From the NCBI RefSeq assembly GCF_018977255.1, contig NW_024704742.1:118978001-119042000 (forward strand): a stretch of DNA of 64,000 nucleotides. The letters run 5' to 3'. The stretch is from Callorhinchus milii (taxonomy: Eukaryota). Of this stretch, positions 41,501 to 51,880 are shown in pieces; within the stretch, counting starts at the first letter, position 1; each line of letters begins with the position of its first letter. The notes under the pieces are model-generated. The model did no database searches. It saw nothing but the letters and a program-made list of their open reading frames with translations, and was not told the origin of the DNA. A program made the translations under genes and the position numbers.

Positions 41501-44500
41501 AGGGTGCTATGGAAGCATGCAAAAAGTACTGATGTTGAAAATTGACAAGAGAAAAGGTCTCTTACCTTTTTTTTGGTGGGTTTGAACAGGTCAATGTCTT
41601 CAACAGAAAAGAGAGATTTTACAGGAAAAACATCTGAAGGCCAAATCTTCAGTGGATAAGATTCCTGTGGGAGGAGGGGTACGTATGACTGTGCTGTAAA
41701 CTTTTCTTCATGATAGCCTACATATCATCTGAAGACTGAAGTTGCCGTTTAATGTGGATGGATGTTTACACAGACATAGATGCACTTTACTGTTAAACTC
41801 ATTGGAGTGGTAAGCTTTAACCCACACAATGAATTACAGATTGCATGTCTGCTGTTGCAGGGAGAAGCTGATTGGGATCCAGCCACTTTTAATCTGGAAT
41901 TGGGAGATTCCCCCTTGCAAAACGCCTGCCTTCTAGTGGCTGTGATGAAATGCTGTCATTGGGAAGAGGAGCAGATCCTCTTCCTTTCTTTGGGTGCAGA
42001 AAGACTTGGGGAAGGTGCAGTGTGTTTGCAGGCTAAGACTTAGTGGAATTTCAGGGTTCAGCACCTAATGACTTGGGAGGAAATTGAGGCCATAAATGTT
42101 CCTTTGCAAGAATCCAAATTGAGGTTCATGTCATTTTAAAATTCTGAAATCCTAAATCCACAGCCAGTGACAAGACTTCTGTCATTATTTATTTATTTAG
42201 GTTTTTAAAGTGGAAAGAAACTCTTAGTGTAGACATTAACAGCATTGGTAGAAATAAAGCAATCTCTGGCCCAAGATGCCTCATGTTCTTAGGATCAAGG
42301 CTATTGTCTTAAAATGTAAGATTGTGTGGAACTTTCAAAGACCATCTTAAATTCAGACTTGCTTTCAAAGATTTTCTGCAGTTTTGCGGTTCAGTGGAAA
42401 ATCTGCCTCGAAAGAGAGTTGGGTATTGGAGGTATAAATAAAGGTGCAGTTTGGCTCAGTTGGTAGCAGTCTTGCCACTGACTCGGAAGGTTGTATGTTC
42501 AATTCACACATCAGAACTTTTAACTCGAAGGCTGACACCCCCATGCAATGCTGAGGATGCCTTGCATTGTCGAGAGCGCTGTCCTTCAAATGTGATGTTA
42601 AAAATGTTTAACAATGTCTGCCTGTTGAGGTTGACATTAAAAGTTTCATGACACTATTCAAAAAGAGAAGGGAGTTAATTCCAGTGTCCTGGCTAGTGAT
42701 TCCCAGGTAAAATTAGTCATTCACTTCATTGCTGTTTCTGGGACATTGGTGTGTGCAAATACAGTCACTACACTTTACAGTAAAATCCAGTGAAGCATTT
42801 TGAGATGTTTCAATGTGATACGGTGCAAGTCATTATGATCATACGATAAACATTGTAGTGCCCATTGGTTGGCACCAGCATGGGAAAATATATCCTAGAA
42901 GAATCTTTTTTAAAAACAATCTTTCTGATATAGTTGGGACGTTTTCCCGATGGGAAAGATGCTATACAAATGTAATTTGTTTCAGTTGGTTAGTATCCAA
43001 AGACCCAACAGCAGGAGGTAGTATTAATTCTAGTGGGGGGAGCAACCTCAGAACTCGTGTAGTCAAATTATAGTTCCCCCCGCACCCCCCAAAAAGTCAA
43101 TTCAGAGGCATAATGAGAGTAATTTATCAAATCTCCACTTTCTGATCAAACAATTAACTTTTGCGTTTGCAGGTCAGTCTATGGCCAGAGATGGATAATA
43201 TGAGGCTGAGTAAAGGAGAAGTGGTCACCGTGACTTTATTATCTTTGCTGCTATGTTTTTCAGTTTTCCTCTTGTTTAAATACTTGCACGGTACGTACAG
43301 TATTCCTTTTGATCCCAGAAGGTCCTGATAATAATCCTTGCATCCTATAAAGTACCTTATGTTATCAGAATGTCTCAAAGCACTGCACAGCATTTTACGA
43401 TAAAAGGTAGTCACTGTAAATCTCACTTATAAATGTAAACAATAAAAATCTAATATTAATCCAAGAAATTTGAACACAGCCCATAGAGGTAAATTGAGTT
43501 ATTCGATCCACCTGGTCTGTGCTAGTGTTCATAATTCACACAAGCTTCTATACCTATTCCTTTCCTACACTCAATATTCCCTTCTCCATCAACCCTTCAC
43601 TGTGACACTTCACCACACAGCTTTTTTTCTTCTAAAGGTTAGTCTGTGATGTGGCTAAAGAATCTGCACATATCACAGAGATTTTATTAGACGTTAGCAA
43701 GTAGGAAATAACTTTTTGGGGGGGAAATGAAGCTCTGAGCTCAGGAGAATGACTTTTCTCATCTGATTCAAGTTCTAAACAATTGAGATAGGATTGATCT
43801 ATTGATTTTTTTTTGATAGCACTCTTGCCTCTGGTTCAAAAGGTTGTGGAATCTAGGCTGAGTTTTGAATGCAGCACTGGGGGAAGCTGCATTGAAAGAG
43901 GCGTCATCTTTTGGATAAGACAATAAAACAAAGTCCTGTCTGCCATTCCTTCTGGTGCACGTCAAAGATCCTATTCATTTAAAATGGTCAACAATACTCC
44001 CAAGTTAGTTGGTTATTCACAGCAATTTAGGTAAACAATAATAAGAGAAGGCCATTCAGCCTATTGAGTCTTTCCCATCAGTTTACTGGATTTTGGCAGA
44101 TCTTTTAATCCTAAATCCAATGCCCTGTTCTTTCACCATAACCTTTAGTCCTCTACTACCCAGTTATCTGACTATCTTTGTTTTAAACATCACTATTGAT
44201 TGCTTCTCTACAGCTTTCTGGGGCAGAGCATTCACTGCATGGGATATGGGAGCATGTTAGTTTGTAAATGGCTGCGTGTTTGTATTGAAAAACAGATACT
44301 ACACCTGACAATAATTACTGCAAAGTGCTTTGAGTTATTTTAACAATGATGCATTAATAACAATTTAAGTGCTCTCTTTTTAAACCACTTGCTTCTGCAC
44401 TCAGGGCCTCTGCTGTTGAGCCTCGATCACTATGCCAGGACAGTGAGGGCATTCCATGGGCACCATCCAATTATAAGCCAGTCAGGATCGGCACTCAACC

Positions 44501-47500
44501 AGTCACTCGTAAGGTGGCACAAGCATTTCTGGAAGCTGATGGTGAGTTTGTACATTTAAAAAAAAAAGTGTGAGATTCATGAATGGGGATGATTCACTAG
44601 TGCAAATGTTTCATTCAGAAAGGATGAAATCTTGTTATACTATAATAATAAAATCCTTGCTTCTGATATGCCTTGACATGTCGTTGACCTGGCTCAAAGC
44701 GATTTACTTGATTTAGTGTAGCGTGTATGACTTTTGCAGGTGAATTGACAGCCATTTATGCACAATGATATCCACAAACAGCCATGAATAAATGATCAAT
44801 TTTATCTGGGGGATTGTTATCCAGGACACTGGCACAATCTCCTTTCTCTTTTTGAGTAATGCCATGGGATCTTAAACCGGCAGACAAAACCTCGGTTTAA
44901 CATCTCATCCAAAGGACAGCACTTCTGATAATGCAACATGCTCCCAGGAATGTATTGGAGTGTCAACCTAGAATATGTGTTCAAAGTCCTAACGTGTGGC
45001 TTGAAATCCACAAATCTTCTGACTCAGAGATGAATACTACCAACTGTACACTATTAATAATAGAAAATCTCAAAATCTGAAACGACAGTTAATCATTTTA
45101 ACCATCATTTTCCATTTCCATGGATAAAATCCAAGACTTGGCCATTTACTCCAATAGCTTCCAGCTACTTTATGATCTAATTTCATGTGATTGACATGAC
45201 AGTATCTTGATTCCTCAAATATCTGTGGTGTTCTTAATTCTGCATTAAAGATTCATGCAGTGCATTAAGGTCTACAAGTCAGTGTTTTTATCACAAGTAC
45301 AACACGGTGAAATTACTGTACCATGTCCCCCGGAGACGCCGTATAATGCCTTGTGTGATGTAGTTACACCTCCTCAGCTTCGGTGACTGGCTGAATCATG
45401 CCTCTCTCAGTAACGTTAGTCACGGGTGCACATGCTCAGATGTATTGTAGAGGCCTCTGGTCTGGATTGCACTGGGGCCTCTCGCCCTATTCTGTCACAG
45501 GATTGAGCAGGAGGTCTCTGCAATTGTAAGTCCCATCTTATAGGACGAGTTATCCGAAGTAAGTACTTGCAAGAATTTCTAGAATGAGACTTGTTACGTG
45601 TTAAGTGGAGTGACCAGGAAAGTGGAGTCCCTTATTAATATTTTGCATGGGAAGCAGATGCTGATATAGACAGCTTGGCTACTTTAGTAGTGACAAGTTA
45701 AACCTGGGACTTCTTATCGGGAGTTTAATGTAGTTCTATTAAAACTTTACAACCTCATACAATGAATGGCCAGAAAAGGCATCAGTGCCCCCTAATGACA
45801 GGAAATTCTTACTGCAACTAGTTTATTATTATGATGATGATGATTTCCAATGGTAAGAATTTCCTGTCAGTGGGGGGCACTGATGCATTTGGTGTAGTAA
45901 TAATAATCCTTGCTTGTGCCTTTCATGTCCTGAAGCCATCTCAAAGTGCTTCATAAGATTTCACAGAAATGTGCAGTGACTGTATCTTGTAGGCAAACGT
46001 GGCAGCCAATTTATGCATAGCAATGTCCCACAAACGGCCATGAAATGAATGATCTTTAATGTCCACCTGAACAGGCAGGCGGCACCTCGGTTTAACGTGT
46101 TATCCGAAAGACCACACCTCCAACTGAGCCAGGCTGGTTTGTGTTAAATCTTAGTCTCAAAAGTGCTTTGTTGGATTTACTACGAAGCGTAGTGACTATA
46201 TTTGTAAGCAAATGTAGGAAACTATCAAGACTAGAATTTGAACTTGATTTGTTAAGGTTGCTATCACGATAACTTACTGAATGGCACTTTGAAGGACATA
46301 TTTCTCTGGCGTCAGCCTGAAGTGTTCAAATATTTTACTGGCATATACAATTTTTAATTGACAGGATGACATCCAGAGGAACTTTGAAACATCCTTGCAC
46401 CGAGCTCATGTGACCTATATTCTGTACGTAATGATGTACATTGCTGGAATAGGAATGTTGCTTTACTACCTGGTGGACAACATGATTAAGAAAAGCAGAC
46501 TTACTCCAAAGAGAACCAAAATCTGGTACGTCTTATTCTCTTGATTTATAAAGGTGACATACAGATAAACTGCAGTTTATAGCATGACTATACTGTGGAC
46601 TCGTGCTACACTGGAAATGCTAATATTTCCAACTACACAACCTGCAGAAAGTGACATCAGTGACACAGGTGGATGTAAAAGGACTGCCCTGCCATTGCTA
46701 TTTCAAAGACACCTACAGTCTTTCTACCAATTAACTTGGTTTATATGTCCTTCCAAATCAAAATGTCAAATTACACTAAAATCCTGTTAAGGTTCCTTTA
46801 ATACAGTTATAATACAGTTGTGCTTTTAAGGAGGAACAGCTGGATTCCTGCACACTTTCAATAACAAGATCCTTCCGGGTCATCAGGTTACTATTGCTGT
46901 TCCTTCCTGCACCGAGGAAGTGATGACGGCATTAACCTGATGACCAGGTTTTTAAAATACAAGGAGGTTTGTGCACATATGTCCAACCTGCATTGAAGTG
47001 ACATCAATGATGATCTGATGGCCAGGAAGCTGGCCGCTTTCTGCATAAGAGTGGGTATGAGAAGATCACAGGGATACAGAGGTGCTAGGGTGTGAAGGGA
47101 TGTATAGTTGAAGATGAGCAACAGCTAGAAGGGCAGTCCAGTCCTACCAAGTCTGGTACAATAGAGTTTTCCTTCTTGTGGAGTGGAGGTGGGGGGAGGG
47201 CAGGGTGCAGGGAAGAGAAGGTGAGCATTAGTATTGTACCTTATTACGTTTTGTTCTGCATATAGGGTGACTCTCTTGATGGTCACTTCAACCTGGACAT
47301 TTCTCATGATAAAGCTGCTGGTGGCTGCACATCACTTGGAACGTGGAATTGAGGGCACCGTATACAGACTGATAGAGGAACTGGTACAGTATTTACTGTT
47401 CCTTATAGTTGCTTTATGATCTTTTCAACACAATGTATATTTGGCGCTAGCTACAAACAGTCAGGTTTGCAATGGAACTCTTTATAAATGTATACATTTT

Positions 47501-49091
47501 TAATTCTAAAGTGTTTTCCACTGGTGCATGTGGCTATATTGTCTGAAACATTTTAAGATGGGGCGGGAGTGGGGAGGGGAGAAGGGCAATGCACACACTG
47601 ACCTTACATAAGCATTTGGATGCAGCAGATTCCCTTTTTAAGACTACAAATTGCTAGCTTCAAAATGAATACTGAAATCAAACATTATTTTCACGATTTA
47701 AGGCCATGCTCTGAAGGCTTTTTTTGAGATTGTTCAAGATTCGATGCAATTTTGAATAACCCTTTTGGTACTGTAGCTGGAAAGCCAGAACACAATGAGT
47801 TTGTTTCAGGGAAGGTGCAGCTGAAAACTCTGCTCTTCCCCAGATTCTTCCAATTAGAATCAAAAGACCCGGAGGGGAGATAAGTAGAACATTTTTTTTT
47901 TACACAGCGAATTGTTACGATCTGGAATATACTGCATGAAAGGTTGGCCAATCCATCACGCAGCTCCTCCGCTCGACTGGCACCAGCCTCCTGCTTGTCC
48001 CTCGAACCCCCTGCTCCACCATTCGAGGTCAGCCACTGTGCCCCAAAACTCTGGAATACTCTCTCTCAATCACTCTGCCTTGCCCCCTCGCTCCCCTTTT
48101 TCAAGTCCTGTCTGAAAATCTTCCTTTTCGATCGTGCTTACAGTCACCTCCCCGCCCCCACCCAACTCAGAGTCAGGCTCCGAGTCGGGTGGAAGCAGGA
48201 AGGTAACCGTAAGCACGGTTGAAAAGGAAGATTTTGCTCTCTCTGCTCAGCGGGCTCTGGCCTGCTTCACGTCCCCTGCCTTGCTCGCCCCACTATTGGC
48301 GGATGGGCTTTCCACCATTCTGCCCCCACCCGCTGGAACTCCATCCCGCAGTCCCTCCACCTCGCCCCCTCCTTTGCCTCCTGCAAGACCCTCCTTTGAC
48401 CATGCATTCAATCTCCCTGCTTCCCCCCCACCCCTCAGCTCGGGTCCGTAACTCTATATATGCAGGGCCTTGGGACGTCTTCCCGACGTGAAAGGCGCTA
48501 TATATATGTAATTTTGTTGGTGTTGTTAAGTGCACTGAGTCTCTACTCTGCGTGGAGGGTGCTATATAAGTGCAAGTTGTTGTGGAAGCAGATGCAATAC
48601 TAACTTTCAAAAGAGAATTTGATAGGTACTTGAAACAGAAAAAATTGTAAGCATTTGGGGAAAGAGCGGGGGAGTGGGACTAATTGCATAGCTCTTTCAA
48701 AGAGCAGACACGATGGGTCAATGGCCTCCTTCTGTGCTGTAAGTTTCTATGAATTAACTATGCAAGTGAGTCTTGTATTGAAAATATGTAATTTATGCTG
48801 TTTCTAAAACCACGCGTAACTAAAGCATACTTTTGTATAACATTTCAGGCTGAACTAGCTACGAGTGGCCTGGACCTTCGCTCTTACCACAACATTGTCA
48901 CCTATTGGCGATTCCGATGCCTTCCTCCAACAACCCGTGGAACTTTGTACATCTTCGGCTTAGTAAAAGTCCACGATGTCTCCTTTTATTTTCAGTACTA
49001 TAGCCTGCCAATCATTACTGCACTGTGCACACCAGTCATCAAGCTTTTACTGGCACTGAAGGACATCTACAGCAGGCCACGAGTTTCTTGA
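38517..49091 (+). CDS. Uncharacterised multi-pass membrane protein (~388-413 aa)
   Basis: GT-AG exons 38517-38740, 40255-40331, 41590-41678, 43173-43290, 44405-44541, [optional 45451-45525 or 45544-45558], 46365-46525, 47266-47383, 48849-49091 join in frame without stops; 3-4 hydrophobic helices; AATAAA at 49406. Confidence 0.75.
39190..39510 (+). mobile_element. tRNA-derived SINE, short subfamily, full length
   Basis: A/B boxes, body, L2-like tail and (att)n. Confidence 0.92.
39875..40177 (+). mobile_element. Degraded DeuSINE-like element
   Basis: gctcagttgg..ctctgag..gtgctgcattttggaggtgc..cagatgag..gttaaagatc. Confidence 0.65.
40905..41100 (+). mobile_element. Ancient SINE-like fragment, family uncertain
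   Basis: gaccagaaggccccaggttgaattcctg..gttagctgatctca..aaatcagcca; B-box-like motif. Confidence 0.4.
42450..42830 (+). mobile_element. DeuSINE (SacSINE1-like)
   Basis: ggctcagttggtagc..gaaggttgt..ggctgacac..tgcattgtc..ttccagtgtcctggc. Confidence 0.72.
44645..45045 (-). mobile_element. DeuSINE (SacSINE1-like)
   Basis: gccatgggatctt..cctcggtttaacatctcatccaaaggacagcac..ggagtgtcaaccta. Confidence 0.75.
45779..45886. repeat. Inverted repeat with 34 bp arms and a 40 bp spacer
   Basis: 45779-45812 versus 45853-45886: 32/34 Watson-Crick complementary. Confidence 0.9.
45900..46135 (-). mobile_element. DeuSINE, internally deleted
   Basis: tttaatgtccacctgaacagg..cctcggtttaacgt..accacacctccaactgagcc. 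Confidence 0.7.
47860..48750 (+). mobile_element. CR1 3' end interrupted by L2 3' fragments (47945-48582)
   Basis: CR1 FFTQRIVTIWNILHERL breaks at ~47945 and resumes at ~48580 (VEADAILTFKREFDRYL, then 3' UTR); L2 APKLWN..LAPSL..FLFDRA lies between. Confidence 0.8.
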
Positions 49092-49974
49092 ACAAACGAC
49101 TGTGCTTTTAACTTCTTCCAAAATGATTGTATTACACTGCTATTCTGAGTTTTAACTGTAATCCACATTACATTTAGTGTATGTAATCTGCTTTACTCTT
49201 TGACCACGCCTACAGTCACCTTCCCCCTCCCCCTGGTTAGACCTCCGCCATTGTTAAGCGCTCTGAGATGCCACCCGGCATGGAGGGCGCTCTATAAATG
49301 CAAGTTGTTGTTGTTTAACAACAAGCAACTCGATTAACCTCCATTGTGGTCAATTCGAGAATAGTCTTATTCCTTGGGTTTATCACTCATTTGCTGGTCT
49401 CCATAAATAAAAATGTAGCCTCGTCTAAAAATAAGATACCAAAAAAAATGATCTTCCAGGGCTAAAGTTTTACATTAGTATTTTGTGATTCAATATCTTT
49501 ATACAAGATTTTAAGCAATATTTTTCTTTGTATAAACAGGCCAGTAATTTGAAATGATTCCCACATCTAATTATGAAAGAAATCTTGCACATCTTACTCA
49601 TGCAAATGACAATTTCTATATCGCCTTTGTGTGACAACTATCTTGAAGTGCTGTAGAGAATGGAATTAACTAGAAATAAAAGTTATCTCGGTAAACATGG
49701 CAGCTAAGTGTACCAGCAATATCCTAGTCACACTGTGATACATTGCCAATTCCAGAATCTTTTGGGGTAAGTTTGAAGGCGGGAACATAAACCAAGATGC
49801 CCAGGGGAAGAAAGCTCCACAATTATCTGCTCAAGATATAGCACACGCTCACATTGCCAAGTTCATTCAGAAATTATAGGAACATAAAGCTCTCATTCAG
49901 TGAAGTTCTTTCTCCTACAAACTTCATAAATGTATCCTATCATGGGCTTTCCCCCCCATACACACATAGAACTG

Positions 49975-50340
49975 GAGTGCCAGTTTAAACTATGGGTTCA
50001 AAATCCTGATGTGAATCTTCTAACCTGGGGCCAAGCTTACAGTTCTGGCCTCCTTTCCTTCATTTATGCGATTGACCAGACAAGTCTATCACAGCTGTTT
50101 TGGCTCACACTGCAATCCATTTCTGAGGAATACTGCATTGTCAAGTGCAATCTTCTGGCTAACAATCCTCCAGATAAAATTGATCGTTCACTTCATTGCA
50201 GCTTGTGGAACTTTGCTCTGTGCAAGTCGGCTACTGCATTTGCTTAAATAATAGTTTCAACAACTTATTATTATAGAAAACTCATGATTCACTCAAACAT
50301 TTCCATGTTGTGGATACTATATAAAATGTAAGGACTATTA
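49975..50340 (+). mobile_element. Degraded DeuSINE-like element
   Basis: ggctcacactgcaatcc..ctgaggaatactgcattgtc..aacaatcc.ccagataaaattgatc. Confidence 0.55.
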
Positions 50341-51339
50341 TAAATAAATATGGCAGCTAGGAAGTTAACCAAAAAGCAGAAAAACTGAAACACATGAAAT
50401 AATTTCCCAACACATGGCCAACAATCCCTCAGCTTGTAATTGTCTTTTCTGTTTCAAATGTAAAGCTCTGAGTAATATCTGTGGAAAAAAAACTGTCAAT
50501 GGTGGATGTTTCTGGGGATTCTACTTCTAGTAATAATTGCAATATTAACATTTATTTGTGTTCTTGTTGGCTTTTGGTTATTTTAGTCTTGATTTTGTGC
50601 AATTCCCTTCATTTGATTAATCCATAGGTTTGAGTAATAATTCCAGTCATGTGACGGGAATTGGTATTATGTGGTTCAATTTTTCAGCCGTCACTGAAAA
50701 GATTTCTGATACTGAGCTGTGAAACACAGCCCACTACATGTAATGCTTGTAATTTGCCTTTTGGCTTATTAGTGTTGGATCCTTGGCATTATTGTGTTGC
50801 TGCTAACTACGCCTCACCAGGATCTCAGAATCAAAGAGCTTTCTCCAGCAGCTGCCTTTTCAAAACTGGACACCTAAGTAAGGACAAGTGCTGTGCATAC
50901 ACATACTGCACATTATACTACATCAAGCACTGTGGGACGCTACCCTACATGAGGGTCCGTTATATAAATACAAGTAGTTTTTATATTGTCTAAACATCCC
51001 ATAATTAAAGGAGTTGTAATGTCAGTACATTGCTATACAATTTACATTTTTATAGCACCTTTCATATGGGGAGGATATCTCAAAGCGCTTGGGCACCCGA
51101 GCTGTGGGTAGGAACCAAAGTGGGGGGGGAGCATAGGGAGAGGAAAAAGATGATAAAAAGCATAGTCAAAGAGGTACATCTTGAGTAAGATGAGTAAACA
51201 CCCACAATGCCTGTTTCATTTCTTAAATTTGTGCATACAGCATTCCCAATGATACAGCACAGCAAGTCTAAAATAAAAGCCCCAAGTGGAATGTGCTTTT
51301 TTTCTACCATAATTTCTAGGATCCTGTGACTCGTGGCAA

Positions 51340-51545
51340 AATATTAGGCAAATTTCTTTACTCCACACGCCTCTGTTTACCTAGCAATAAGTAGGAACCT
51401 GGTTATTAGTTGATTGGTGGATTGCTTTACCGGTGGCAATAATCCCTTCNAAAAAAAAGAATAATTTGTTCACTCAATCCACGACTGTTTGTGGGACATT
51501 GCTATACACAGTGATAAGGTGCTATATCGATTGCAAGGTTTATTA
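51340..51545 (+). mobile_element. tRNA-derived SINE fragment (long)
   Basis: ttactccacacgcctctgtttacctagc..cactcaatccacgactgtttgtggg; contains one N at 51450. Confidence 0.85.
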
Positions 51546-51880
51546 TAAGCCGAGAAACTATTTCTTAAAACAGGAGCTGGAATGACCATAGCTATCGAAA
51601 TCCTGAAGTGCTAAATGTTATTCCTGTGTTGCGTTTGTCACACAAGGGTTCATGTTAACAAACTAGAATTTAGTGTGTCTGTCATTGTCGTCTGAATCTT
51701 CATTTGGATCAGTTTAAGACTTTTCTTAAATTACCAGTTTGCACATTGGACGTGACAAGGTTACAGCGGATAAACACCTTCAATCATGCGTACAACAACA
51801 GCAACTTGCATTTATATAGCATCTTTCTCCAGATTCGACGTCTCAGAGCAGTTGAATGCAGTTGTACTGCATTTCTCGAG

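Noticed and set aside
41780-42043. ORF with acceptor-like ttgcag at 41860 as an extra exon of the membrane gene
   Set aside because: No convincing in-phase donor, and the flanking exons already join in frame.
45290-45450. Possible C/D box snoRNA
   Set aside because: The C box is imperfect (gtgatgt), and I found no terminal stem or recognisable guide.
51450-51450. Single N base
   Set aside because: Assembly ambiguity beside a poly-A run in a SINE; not biological.
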